NCBI GenBank assembly: GCA_016927185.1
Contig: JAFGND010000055.1
Location: 7,799 to 71,798, forward strand
Direction: 5' to 3'
Length of the DNA stretch: 64,000 nucleotides
DNA from: Candidatus Coatesbacteria bacterium
GTDB taxonomy: Bacteria; JAFGND01
Part shown: piece after piece, positions 42,438 through 52,486 of the stretch
Numbering within the stretch: the stretch's first letter is position 1
Layout: every line of letters begins with the position of its first letter
Notes under the pieces: generated by a model
Told to the model about the DNA's origin: nothing
Database searches by the model: none
Seen by the model: the letters and a program-made list of their open reading frames with translations, nothing else
Program-made: the position numbers and the translations under genes

Positions 42438-43777
42438 GGAATAAGATTCAGTGAGAGGTGTAAGATACCATCCTTGATTTTCCGGTTTCTTGCAACTCCG
42501 TAATCAATTCTCGCACATCCGAACCAGGGGACTATAAATCTGATACCTCCTCCCACTCCACCTGCAGGATACCATTTGTAATCTTCATAATAACGAGTAT
42601 ACTCTATCTGCCTGCCTGAATACAAGTATCCTGCATCAAGGAAGAATCCACCATCTATTGTAAGATCTATATTCTTGCCCCATCTTCCAGTATATGGCAC
42701 ATCAAAAATCTTTTTGGGAATTATTGGGAATCTTATCTCGAAATTGCCTCTCACTGCTTTTATATATTCCCAGTCTCCTTCTTCATAACCTCTCAGGGAA
42801 CTTCCCCCTCCCCAATGTCCTTGCTTATAGGGTGGGATGTCTTTACCGCTGATATAGCTGGCAACTCCTCCTGAAGCAAATCTAAGTTTTTTCCATATCG
42901 GAATAATATGAGTAACAGAAAAGTTATGTTCTCCTACATAAGGGATATTCTTGTATAAACCCTGATAAAAAACTGTTTCAGATGAAATCCTGAAACCTTT
43001 CAATGGATTTTCATAGATATCCCTTGTGTCATAATAGGCTCCCAGCTTTTCCCTTACATATAAATCACCATTTTCATTATATAATTCAAATGCAGGTATT
43101 CTTTTGAAATATTCAATTCCTGCAAGTGAATATGCTCCAAATCTCTTTAGCGGGAAGAAATTGAGACCTGCTTCAGAAACAATATATTTGTCTTTTGTAA
43201 TATCCAGAGTGTCTTCCGGAAAAGGATTTCTGGCTGAATAATAGCTAACTTTTGCCTGATAACCAATTATATCCTTGTATCCCCATGGAGAGACCCATTC
43301 ACCCTCAAGCCTCCATAATCCAAGAGCAGCTCCAGTAAATGCTATTCGGTATCCATTACCAAGAAAGTGCCTGTCAGTATATTTCAAACCCAATTCTATC
43401 CTGTCCTTGAATGGAAGTTTGTTTCTTTCTGGATAATAACTAACAAAGGGTAGAGGGAAGGGATATTTTGTAATTCGCTCTTTATAGGCTATTATCAAGT
43501 TATACTTATTGTCTCCGGTTTTCTCTATTTCATATTCCACTTCTGCATAAAAACCTGTATTTATGAGTTTGGTTTTGGCTTCTTCTATGTCATGTCTTGA
43601 ATAATGCCTGTTTTCTTTCAGTTCGCAACAACGTTTAAGAAATCTCTCTTTGCTTCTTCCGTCTCCCTTGAACACTATTTTGTCCAGAAGGAATTCTTCA
43701 TCTGTAGCATAAAGAAAAACTATATTCAGGAGAATGATCGCGAAAAGTATCAGTTTTATATATCTATTTTCATGCAT
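42434..43777 (-). CDS. Omp85-family outer-membrane protein (single POTRA + Bac_surface_Ag beta-barrel)
   Basis: Signal peptide, a POTRA-like segment (IVFKGDG...KTKLINTGFYAEVEYE), then a Gly/aromatic-rich beta-strand region to the C-terminus. Confidence 0.55.
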   Translation of the reverse strand: MHENRYIKLILFAIILLNIVFLYATDEEFLLDKIVFKGDGRSKERFLKRCCELKENRHYSRHDIEEAKTKLINTGFYAEVEYEIEKTGDNKYNLIIAYKERITKYPFPLPFVSYYPERNKLPFKDRIELGLKYTDRHFLGNGYRIAFTGAALGLWRLEGEWVSPWGYKDIIGYQAKVSYYSARNPFPEDTLDITKDKYIVSEAGLNFFPLKRFGAYSLAGIEYFKRIPAFELYNENGDLYVREKLGAYYDTRDIYENPLKGFRISSETVFYQGLYKNIPYVGEHNFSVTHIIPIWKKLRFASGGVASYISGKDIPPYKQGHWGGGSSLRGYEEGDWEYIKAVRGNFEIRFPIIPKKIFDVPYTGRWGKNIDLTIDGGFFLDAGYLYSGRQIEYTRYYEDYKWYPAGGVGGGIRFIVPWFGCARIDYGVARNRKIKDGILHLSLNLIP

Positions 43778-44388
43778 AATGATTCAATTATACAATTAGT
43801 ACAATCTGGTTTCCTTGCATTACATACTTTTCTTCCATGATTAATTAGTAAATGAGACCAGTCAATCCATCTGTCCTTGTCAAGCAATTGCATCAAGTCA
43901 GTTTCAATCTTTTCTGCATCTTCATGCCTGGTTAAGCCAAATCTTCTTGTCAATCTTTTTACGTGAGTATCTACAACTATACCTGAAATTATCCCATAAC
44001 CTGTGCCTAGAACTATGTTTGCTGTTTTTCTTCCTACTCCACTTAATGTTATCAGAGATTCCATTTTTTTTGGAACAATGCCATTGAATTTTTTCTGTAT
44101 TTCTGTTGATAGAGATTTCAAGTTTTTTGCTTTCTGATGGAAGAATCCAAGTGGTTTTATTATTTCTTCTATAGAAGCAACATCTGCTTCAGAAAGGGAT
44201 TTAAAATCCGGGAATGTCTTGAATAATACTGGAGTTACTTCATTAACTTTCTTGTCAGTTGCTTGTGCACTTAAAACAGTAGAAACAAGCAACTGATATA
44301 AGTTATGAAATTCCAGTCCACATCTTGCATCTGGATAATGCTTATTAAGCATTTCATATATATCATTACATCTTGTTTTAATATTCAT
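43756..44388 (-). CDS. nth: endonuclease III
   Basis: HhH-GPD motif (LSGVGRKTANIVL), catalytic K/D and C-terminal 4Fe-4S ligands Cx6Cx2Cx5C. Confidence 0.9.
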   Translation of the reverse strand: MNIKTRCNDIYEMLNKHYPDARCGLEFHNLYQLLVSTVLSAQATDKKVNEVTPVLFKTFPDFKSLSEADVASIEEIIKPLGFFHQKAKNLKSLSTEIQKKFNGIVPKKMESLITLSGVGRKTANIVLGTGYGIISGIVVDTHVKRLTRRFGLTRHEDAEKIETDLMQLLDKDRWIDWSHLLINHGRKVCNARKPDCTNCIIESLCMKIDI

Positions 44389-44390
44389 AT

Positions 44391-46247
44391 TTATTCAAAA
44401 AGGTTCATGAAAATACCGTATCTTAAATATGTTCCCTCGATATATTTTATAGAGCCAAATTTTCTTTGTTCAGTCCCATTGTACATTGTAAACCACGCAT
44501 GCAAGTCGCTTAATTTCACTGCAAATCCGAATCCAAGAAGGTGGTCAAATGTCTCTTGATATGCAAGGTACATTCTCCCATAACCTTGAACAGATAGGGA
44601 TTTTGTTATCTGGAAATGTCTACCAGCTTGAAAATAACCTCTTTGCTCATATTTTTCTTTCTCCCTGTAAAAACCATTCAAAGTTCCTTCAATGTTTATC
44701 TTCAATGGTAATGAGTCTACTCTTGAATAAACAACTGGTTCTACAAATGCACAATCCCTTATTGTCATATGATATCCATAATTCTCTACAAGGGGATATG
44801 CTTCTGTTACCTTATCCCAGTATTGACCTGTTTTCAGAATCAGCCTGAAGATTATTGGATATTTATATCTGATCTGTCTTTCTACCCCACCTTCAATCCA
44901 TGCTTGCTTTTCAAGAACTGGATCTGGTGTATTCTGTGAAGGAGTGAATATCTGAGTTATATCGAAAGTATTGGCTTTGAATCCTCCTGCAAAGTGTCCC
45001 TTCCATATGTTACCTAAGGGAGTATCCATTTCTGCTATTAATCCAGGAAGAGCTTTTGGTCCTCTATCAACAACCCAGTTCAAGCCAATCCTGCTTATAC
45101 TTTCTCCTTTTATGAATGCAGGTCCTAAGAAACCATCTGATTTTATAGATTTTATGTAAAAATCATTATATTCTTCTGTTTCATAACTTGACTGACCTTC
45201 AAATAAGAGCTCAAATGATGAAGAAGGATAGATGATTGACCATGAAGTTCCTATTTCTCTCTGGAAGCTTTTATCTAAATCAGATGAATGATTTGGTTTG
45301 TATTCCGGGGTAAATCTATGAAACAGTCTCACATCTATTCTCTTGTTAGAATTTGTTGTTCCTAAGGCGTTCAAATAAAAGGTTTTATTGTAACCCCAAT
45401 AAGAGAATACATCAGATGTATCAGTTTCTTCAAACCAGTTGTGTTTATACTCATTTCCGATAAATCCACCTTTCAAGAGCCATTTGCTGTTAAGAAGGGC
45501 TATCAAGGAGAGATCTCTCTGCCAGAAGCGAGATAATTCACCCAACTGATAGGTATAGAATTCCGGATTGGAATCATCAATGGAAACAAAGGATCCATTA
45601 GTTTTTCTGTTAGAAAAAACTGCCTGAAAAGCGAAGTTCTTGTCAATATTCCTTCCCAGATATAAATCATTACCATCATAATGATAATATCCAGTATCCA
45701 CGCTGAATCGTGAGAAAATTCTCTCCTGAATAGGAATTGTCTCTATGTAAATTATCTTGCGTGTCTTATCTACTTTTATTGAGTTTATTCTTTCCAGAGA
45801 AATATCCTTGAATCTCGCTGGCAGCTCCCTCAAATGATTTAAATGCTGACCATCAATTATAACCTTGTAATCTGTTTCACCATGAACAAAGCCTGCCCCA
45901 GACCATAAGTTTATTCCTATATAATCTCTAAGAAAGCTTATTATATCAGTGGAAGCATAACTATTTATCTCTTCGGAGTTGGCTGTAGTACAGAAACCTG
46001 AACATGAATATTCAAAATATGGAACTATACCTGAATACTTTTTATAGAACATATCCATTTTAGTTGGTTTTTTTTCCTTTTTGGTAGTATCGTCAGAAGA
46101 AGGTTCAATAGCAATATCCTTGGTATCTCTGGTTATCTTTGGTGGTGAAATCAACATGACATCATTAATAATCATCTCTGAATCAGCAAACAAGATTGAG
46201 AATATAATGATAACAAGGAAGAAATAGTATTTAAGCATTTTATACAA
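44391..46247 (-). CDS. hypothetical outer-membrane (beta-barrel-like) protein
   Basis: Signal peptide; long sequence rich in alternating aromatic/Gly residues; 618 aa. Confidence 0.4.
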   Translation of the reverse strand: MYKMLKYYFFLVIIIFSILFADSEMIINDVMLISPPKITRDTKDIAIEPSSDDTTKKEKKPTKMDMFYKKYSGIVPYFEYSCSGFCTTANSEEINSYASTDIISFLRDYIGINLWSGAGFVHGETDYKVIIDGQHLNHLRELPARFKDISLERINSIKVDKTRKIIYIETIPIQERIFSRFSVDTGYYHYDGNDLYLGRNIDKNFAFQAVFSNRKTNGSFVSIDDSNPEFYTYQLGELSRFWQRDLSLIALLNSKWLLKGGFIGNEYKHNWFEETDTSDVFSYWGYNKTFYLNALGTTNSNKRIDVRLFHRFTPEYKPNHSSDLDKSFQREIGTSWSIIYPSSSFELLFEGQSSYETEEYNDFYIKSIKSDGFLGPAFIKGESISRIGLNWVVDRGPKALPGLIAEMDTPLGNIWKGHFAGGFKANTFDITQIFTPSQNTPDPVLEKQAWIEGGVERQIRYKYPIIFRLILKTGQYWDKVTEAYPLVENYGYHMTIRDCAFVEPVVYSRVDSLPLKINIEGTLNGFYREKEKYEQRGYFQAGRHFQITKSLSVQGYGRMYLAYQETFDHLLGFGFAVKLSDLHAWFTMYNGTEQRKFGSIKYIEGTYLRYGIFMNLFE

Positions 46248-47640
46248 GCTCTTTAAGAATTGCTTCTGAAATTTTATCAGAAAAATATAATTTCATGTCA
46301 ATACCCATTGACCATAACAAACTATTGTTGATTTCATATATATCTTTACTAAACGGACTCTTTCTGAATAAATCACCTAAAACATTCCATGAGATATTTT
46401 TATAATAGTCTATTCTATCCCACCCTATTTCCTCTTGCGTTTCTATATTATTCAAGAAATCAGGTAATATTTCTCTTTCGATATTTCTCATTACCTTTTT
46501 CAGGATCATTTCCTTTTCCTGTTCACTATTATCTGCAGGTTTGAACGGAAAAGAGATTTGAATAATGTTTCTTCTTGGATTATTAACATCTTCTGATTGC
46601 TGCAATGGACAACCCAGATATACCGGAGGATTATAATTGTCTTCCTTCTTCTTTTCTCTCCAATATCTCTCTATGTTTAAGGGAAGCAGAAGATTATGTC
46701 TTGCCAATTTAGTATATTCCTGCCTTGTTTTTACAAGACAAGATATATTTATCAATCTCTTGCTTCTGCTTATGTTACTTGTTTTGATCTCTTTTTCGTT
46801 TCTATAAAATTTGATTGCTTTTTTGTAACAATGAGTATTTATTAATATTTTCTCTGCATTTATATAGTTTTCATTTCCAAGATTCACTTTCAAGCCATTT
46901 GTTCCATTTGTTTCTATTGTCATATTATTGAAGTTCTCTAATATTTCTATATCGCTTTCCTTTAAAGCATTAAATGCAATTTCCTCAAGAGATTTATTGA
47001 ATTTAAAAGAACCTTCCATAAATGCTCTGAGTGCTATTATATCAGAAAATCCTGGCAGATTACAGTATGAAAGCGATAACAAGTGAGGTAATGATAACCA
47101 TGCAGATTTGAATCTGTGATTGAAAACTCCATCCAAAATAGAATATGACATAACTTCGTGATTTCTAAATCTATGTGTATTTAAATCCATGGAAGTAAAA
47201 TAGTCGGTTTTCAGGGACTTGTTTTGTTTTATTTTTTCATTCAATTCTTTCAGTATATTTATTCTTTTTGCAAGATATTTGTAAAAACCGTTTGTATTTT
47301 TAACATCAATGATACCAAGGAGTTCCTCCATTTCAAGCAGTGAAAATGTAATATCAAAACTATATTTATCAAAATTATTAAAAACCCTTGTTAATTGAGG
47401 TAGAAGCACAGGTTTTGCTTCTTCATACAACCAGGATAGCGATTCAGGAAGAAAGCTTTTTCCATAATCCAATGGTTGTTCATATAGAGCATTTTTCTTG
47501 AAATCAGAAGAAGGAAGTATCAAGCTTAAATTCAGACCTGAATTCCTGAGCAGTAAAGCCGTTGCAAGGCAAGTAATATCATTGCCTATTATTATGCATT
47601 TTGTCACAACATATTTCCTTGACTGCAGAAATGATTTCAT
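46240..47640 (-). CDS. hypothetical protein with degenerate N-terminal dinucleotide-binding-like motif
   Basis: KCIIIGNDITCLATALLL resembles a GxGxxG FAD-binding start in which two glycines are replaced. Confidence 0.35.
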   Translation of the reverse strand: MKSFLQSRKYVVTKCIIIGNDITCLATALLLRNSGLNLSLILPSSDFKKNALYEQPLDYGKSFLPESLSWLYEEAKPVLLPQLTRVFNNFDKYSFDITFSLLEMEELLGIIDVKNTNGFYKYLAKRINILKELNEKIKQNKSLKTDYFTSMDLNTHRFRNHEVMSYSILDGVFNHRFKSAWLSLPHLLSLSYCNLPGFSDIIALRAFMEGSFKFNKSLEEIAFNALKESDIEILENFNNMTIETNGTNGLKVNLGNENYINAEKILINTHCYKKAIKFYRNEKEIKTSNISRSKRLINISCLVKTRQEYTKLARHNLLLPLNIERYWREKKKEDNYNPPVYLGCPLQQSEDVNNPRRNIIQISFPFKPADNSEQEKEMILKKVMRNIEREILPDFLNNIETQEEIGWDRIDYYKNISWNVLGDLFRKSPFSKDIYEINNSLLWSMGIDMKLYFSDKISEAILKELV

Positions 47641-48565
47641 TTTTGACTTCGAAAAGAGGTCTTTTTATGTATGCACCGGATGCTGATTTGTGTCCTCCTC
47701 CATCCCATCTTCTTGCAAATTCATTTACATCAAATCTTCCCTTGGAGCGGAAACTGCATTTAGTAGTTTCATCATTATTCATGCCTACTAGTACTATTCC
47801 AAGTTCAGTTTCCCTGTTTCTTATCGTATAAGATGAAAGCTGCTCAAGATCAGATATTTTCATATCATGTTTTATCAACATTTCTGAAGTAATACAGAAA
47901 ATAAGGACATTATCTATCTTGGTAGCTTCTGTGATAGCCTGTGCAAGCAATTTCCAGTATGCAAGTGATTTTGTGAAGTATGCATTTTCGGATATAAATA
48001 CTGGATCAGCACCTGCTTCCACAAGTATTGAGGCCATTTTTAGTGTTTCTGAACTGGTCAGGGAATATGAAAACTGACCAGTGTCAGTCAAAATTCCCAG
48101 ATAAAGAGCTTCTGCCTCATTTCTTGAGAATTTCTTATGCTCTAGAAAGAGTTTTGCTGTTACTTCAGATGCAGATGAAGAGTTTCCTATTACATGATTC
48201 CATCTTCCAAAGTTTTCGTTACTGATATGATGGTCAATATTTATTATATCTACTTTTTCTATATCTATTTGCGGCAAAACCAATCGGTCTTTTGATGCAG
48301 TGTCAAGAGCCAGAATAATATAATCAGAAGAAGGCATATAATCATCCTGGACAATTTTCACTTTATCAGTAAGGAATTTATATTCAAAAGGGATTTCTCT
48401 ACTATTGATGTACAAGGATATTTTTTTGTTTACTGAGAATTCGCTTAATCTATAATACCAGGCTACTGAAGAAGCAATTGCATCTCCATCAGGTTTTTTA
48501 TGAGTTACAATCAGTATCTCAGAATAGTCTTCAATTATTTCTCTAATCTTCTCAAAACTAAGCAT
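47579..48565 (-). CDS. nrnA: DHH-family phosphoesterase (NrnA-like oligoribonuclease/pAp phosphatase)
   Basis: DHH motifs (KPDGDAIAS, NIDHH) and DHHA1 motif GGGHKSASGA; 328 aa. Confidence 0.8.
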   Translation of the reverse strand: MLSFEKIREIIEDYSEILIVTHKKPDGDAIASSVAWYYRLSEFSVNKKISLYINSREIPFEYKFLTDKVKIVQDDYMPSSDYIILALDTASKDRLVLPQIDIEKVDIINIDHHISNENFGRWNHVIGNSSSASEVTAKLFLEHKKFSRNEAEALYLGILTDTGQFSYSLTSSETLKMASILVEAGADPVFISENAYFTKSLAYWKLLAQAITEATKIDNVLIFCITSEMLIKHDMKISDLEQLSSYTIRNRETELGIVLVGMNNDETTKCSFRSKGRFDVNEFARRWDGGGHKSASGAYIKRPLFEVKNEIISAVKEICCDKMHNNRQ

Positions 48566-48722
48566 ATGATTACTGCCTTAAGCATAGATAAGATAAATAG
48601 CGTCAAGAATTCTTTTAAAGCCTTGTTGAATTGATAACAGGCTAAGAAATTAATGAATGAATATTCAAGATGAAATCTTAACTATTGACTAAAATAGAAG
48701 CTTTACAAAGAATAACACTGCT

Positions 48723-49481
48723 ATGTTGAAGGATTTCAGAATAATTCTTGATCTTGGGCATAGTGCTATCAAGGTAGCCTTGTTCCGGGGAATTCAACTT
48801 ATCTCAAGTTCCAGTTTTTCACTGGATAAATTACCAGAGATATTTGTTTATATTGAGAATGAACTGTTTCCTTATACAAGATTGATAGGTTTAGGATGGG
48901 TAAATTATCCCAAGTACGGGGAGTTCCTTGCATTAGTTAAATCTTCCTGGAAAATCCCGATTGTCAACCTTGCAGATAATAAAACTGAATATATCCCAGT
49001 CAATTATGAACCACCAGAATCTTTGGGATTAGACAGGATAGCTAATGCATATGCCGCACTAGAGTTATTCAATCCCCCTATTGTTGTAGCAGATATCGGG
49101 ACTGCAGTAACTGTTGATTTGATAACAGATGATGGATTTATGGGGGGATATATTCTCCCAGGTCCTAAAATACTTACAGAATGCTATATGAATATTACTT
49201 CTCAGAAAATATCCATAAAAATACCTAATGAATTACCTGTTTATCTGCCTCAAAGCTCTCAAGAAGCTCTTTCATTTGGAGCTTTGATTACAGCCTATGG
49301 AGGTTTGAAGGAATCTCTTGATATCATAAGAGAATCAATCAAGTATGAAAGCCTTATATTCACAGGAGGTTTTGCAGGCTATTTTCATTCTTTTTTTGAA
49401 GAAAGCATGGTGTTTCCAAATCTTACTCTGGAAGGCTACAATCAAATGCTAACCTGGCATATTGAAGCAGACACTGAATAA
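48723..49481 (+). CDS. coaX: type III pantothenate kinase
   Basis: ILDLGHSAIKVALF (phosphate-1) and IVADIGTAVTVD (phosphate-2) ASKHA motifs, 252 aa. Confidence 0.85.
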   Translation: MLKDFRIILDLGHSAIKVALFRGIQLISSSSFSLDKLPEIFVYIENELFPYTRLIGLGWVNYPKYGEFLALVKSSWKIPIVNLADNKTEYIPVNYEPPESLGLDRIANAYAALELFNPPIVVADIGTAVTVDLITDDGFMGGYILPGPKILTECYMNITSQKISIKIPNELPVYLPQSSQEALSFGALITAYGGLKESLDIIRESIKYESLIFTGGFAGYFHSFFEESMVFPNLTLEGYNQMLTWHIEADTE

Positions 49482-50177
49482 TTACAGGATGAATTTCTGG
49501 AAAAAATCAATATTTTTTTCCCAGTTTTCCCTGTTCAGTTCCATAACCCTTGAATCAAGTAGCTTGTTATCCTTGAACATCAATTTCTCTTTATCCACAA
49601 CTTCCTTATGAAATGCTTTTCCCATCAAGCAAAGAGAAGCTGAGTTTTCAATATAGGCTTCTGTACTTATAAGCTGCAGATGCCTCATGGAAGAAAATGC
49701 CCAGCTAAGTGTTATCATTTTTACAACTGAACCTATTCCCTTCCTCCAGTATTCTTTTTCAGCTATTAGTGTTCCGGTCTTTCCGACAATATCTCCTTTT
49801 CTAAGCATTGTTTTAGAGAATACACTGCCACCTTTGGTAAACTCGTGAACATAACAGTATTCCTTTTTCAGTCTTAATTTGTAGGATTTCTTGATTTCAA
49901 ACAATTCCAGAGATGTGCAACCAACTTTTTTCAGATCGTTTTCTGAAATTATGAATATCAAGAAAAAAAACATATCAGCAGAACATGCTATCTCTTCAAG
50001 CTTCTTCTTTTCCCAATGCACATTTATTGGAATATTTAATAGGAGATTCCGAATGACTTCTCTATTGTTAAGCCATCTCACGAAATCAGGAAGATCCCTT
50101 TCTATATCAAGGGGTGATAATCCTACTGTAACTCCATTTTCAGGATGTCTTCCTTTGAGAAAGAATACTTCATTCAT
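49482..50177 (-). CDS. GNAT-family N-acetyltransferase
   Basis: Motif A-like WRKGIGS, compact roughly 230-aa acyl-CoA N-acyltransferase layout. Confidence 0.55.
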   Translation of the reverse strand: MNEVFFLKGRHPENGVTVGLSPLDIERDLPDFVRWLNNREVIRNLLLNIPINVHWEKKKLEEIACSADMFFFLIFIISENDLKKVGCTSLELFEIKKSYKLRLKKEYCYVHEFTKGGSVFSKTMLRKGDIVGKTGTLIAEKEYWRKGIGSVVKMITLSWAFSSMRHLQLISTEAYIENSASLCLMGKAFHKEVVDKEKLMFKDNKLLDSRVMELNRENWEKNIDFFQKFIL

Positions 50178-50187
50178 TGCTAACCTT

Positions 50188-52059
50188 TCAAATTTTGTTT
50201 TGTATTACAAGATGCGGATATGGAATTTCTATTCCTGCTTTATCAAACTCCAGTTTGATCCTCTTCCTGAATTCACGCGCTACTGCCCAGTGTTCTCCAG
50301 GTTTTGTCTCTATAGTGACATGAAAATCTATTGATGAAGTATTTAACGATGAAATGCCTAAAACCTCAGGTTTCTTCATGATATAGTTTTTCCAGTATTC
50401 ATCTTCAAATATCTGAATGCAGATTTCCTCAATCCTGTTCTTAACGAAATTTATATCAGATTTATAATCAACACTGATATATAATCGAGTTCTTGACCAT
50501 AATTTCGTAAGATTTGCAACGAAGGAAATCTGACCATTAGGAAATACCCATACTGCTCCATCTTCATAATCCCTTATTGTTGTAGTTCTCAATGTTATTT
50601 TTTCAACTGTTCCTGTTTTGTCGTTTATTGTAACAATATCACCAATCTGAAATTGATTCTCAATAAGAAAACAGAAACCAGCGAAAAAATCCTTAATAAG
50701 GCTTTGAGCTCCAAAACCAATAGCAACCGATATTCCTCCAGCAGCTACAAGAAAAGGTTTGTAGTCTATATCAAAATTCCTGAGAATAACTAAGATAGAT
50801 ACTATCCAGATAAGAAGTCTCATGGTATTTAATGTAATAGAATATAAGGTAGAAGCTCTTTTCTGATGGTGTTCTTCTTCAAGAACAGTGCTGAAATACT
50901 TTATAAGTCTTTTTCCGACTCTGTTTGCTATCATTAGCAGCAGGAATGCTACCATAATAACTACTAGGATATTTACAATACCATTGTATATTTTAGAAGT
51001 TAAAAGCGAATCCCATTTATTCTCAAGTTCCATATGATCATTTTCAAGTCTTTTAATATTTGCACTAATTTCTGCCTTGTTTTGCTCAAGAATATAGAGT
51101 TTAGCCTTAATTTTATAGAGATAAATTACTTCATAACCTTCTATTTTCAATGATTTCGTATGATACAAAACCTGTAGTATTTTTTTCTGATTATCAATAA
51201 GATAAGGATTGGATTGCTTTTTTTCAAAATCTTCCAGTTCTTTATGCATACTATCTACTTTTTTTTCCATTTCTTGTATAGCGATCCTGGTCTCAGATAT
51301 CTCTTTACTTATAGATAGAATATTGTTTTTTTCCTGTTTAAGCAGTTCGACTAGTTTTTCCTCTTCCTTTTTTATTCCAGACAGAGACTTGAAATCCTGA
51401 TGGACACCTGTTTCAGAATCCTTGTTTTTTATCAAGGAGGGGACTATTGACTGATCATTATATTGATAATCCAGTTTTAGTCTATACAAGCCAATGTAAT
51501 TAATCTGGTTTTGGAGAGATATCAATTCGCTTTCGCTTTGTTTGTCAGGATTATACATTTTTTGTAGAAGAGAATCTACTTCTGTTTTGGTAGTGTTCAT
51601 TATTTCAGTCAGTTTTATGAAGCTATCTATCCTGCTGTCCTGTACTTCGATATTTTTATATCTTCTGTTCAAATCCAGCAGTAGATTCTTTAATTGATTT
51701 AATTTCAGATAGTTATTGTATAAGTTAAACATTGAAGGAAAGAGTTTATCTTCAATCAATGAATACTTATCGCTCAATAAAGAATGGTATTGTTTATAAA
51801 ACTGATTTTTTTCTAGATTATAATACCTGGACACAGTTTGATCATCATCTTTCAATGGTGCGAAACTCTTGAAGGCATCTATTTTCAGATTTATATCATT
51901 AATTGAGCGCTTGGTTCCTTGAATCTGTTTCATCCCTCTCTGAAATTCTTTGTATTCTTCAAAGAATTCATTAAGAAGAGACTCTTTTTCAGTATAGATT
52001 TCTGCCTGGCAAAAATATGGCAGAAGAATTAAAAGCAAGATAAGCACTATTAATTTCAT
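50188..52059 (-). CDS. MscS-family mechanosensitive channel with long N-terminal periplasmic coiled-coil domain (MscK/KefA-like)
   Basis: Signal peptide, roughly 330-aa coiled coil, 3 TM helices, then the conserved MscS beta-domain (FQIGDIVTINDKTGTVEKITLRTTTIRDYEDG). Confidence 0.8.
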   Translation of the reverse strand: MKLIVLILLLILLPYFCQAEIYTEKESLLNEFFEEYKEFQRGMKQIQGTKRSINDINLKIDAFKSFAPLKDDDQTVSRYYNLEKNQFYKQYHSLLSDKYSLIEDKLFPSMFNLYNNYLKLNQLKNLLLDLNRRYKNIEVQDSRIDSFIKLTEIMNTTKTEVDSLLQKMYNPDKQSESELISLQNQINYIGLYRLKLDYQYNDQSIVPSLIKNKDSETGVHQDFKSLSGIKKEEEKLVELLKQEKNNILSISKEISETRIAIQEMEKKVDSMHKELEDFEKKQSNPYLIDNQKKILQVLYHTKSLKIEGYEVIYLYKIKAKLYILEQNKAEISANIKRLENDHMELENKWDSLLTSKIYNGIVNILVVIMVAFLLLMIANRVGKRLIKYFSTVLEEEHHQKRASTLYSITLNTMRLLIWIVSILVILRNFDIDYKPFLVAAGGISVAIGFGAQSLIKDFFAGFCFLIENQFQIGDIVTINDKTGTVEKITLRTTTIRDYEDGAVWVFPNGQISFVANLTKLWSRTRLYISVDYKSDINFVKNRIEEICIQIFEDEYWKNYIMKKPEVLGISSLNTSSIDFHVTIETKPGEHWAVAREFRKRIKLEFDKAGIEIPYPHLVIQNKI

Positions 52060-52078
52060 AAAATTTCTTTTTATCTAT

Positions 52079-52486
52079 TCAGAAAGTTCCTTCAATTTTC
52101 TTTTCAACAATTGCACCCTCTTTCATTGAAATAAGCTTTTTCAGTGCATCAATATGTCTTTCATTTTGATTACTCCATTTTATTAAATAATCACATGGAA
52201 AATCATTACATTGACTGCAATTGTCTAGATGTTTTTCATCTACGCAGCATCTGAGTATATGACAACCTGCTGACCAGTGCTGATCCCTGTCTCCCTTGCA
52301 TCCATTACAATGAATATCTTCAGGTTTGATATCAGTAATTCCTTTTTCATTCCTTAACCAGTCACATATTTTTATCGCAGGTTTTATATTAGTACCGGCC
52401 TCGACAATATCGCATTCTTCACAATTTAATCCACATGCACCTAATGAGAAATCTATTTCATTCATTATTTTATTTTTTTGATCCAT
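52079..52486 (-). CDS. Cys-rich DUF3795-like protein (possible metal / Fe-S binding)
   Basis: CGLNCEECD ... CNGCKG ... C..LRCC ... CSQC..FPC: 15 cysteines in 135 aa. Confidence 0.5.
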   Translation of the reverse strand: MDQKNKIMNEIDFSLGACGLNCEECDIVEAGTNIKPAIKICDWLRNEKGITDIKPEDIHCNGCKGDRDQHWSAGCHILRCCVDEKHLDNCSQCNDFPCDYLIKWSNQNERHIDALKKLISMKEGAIVEKKIEGTF

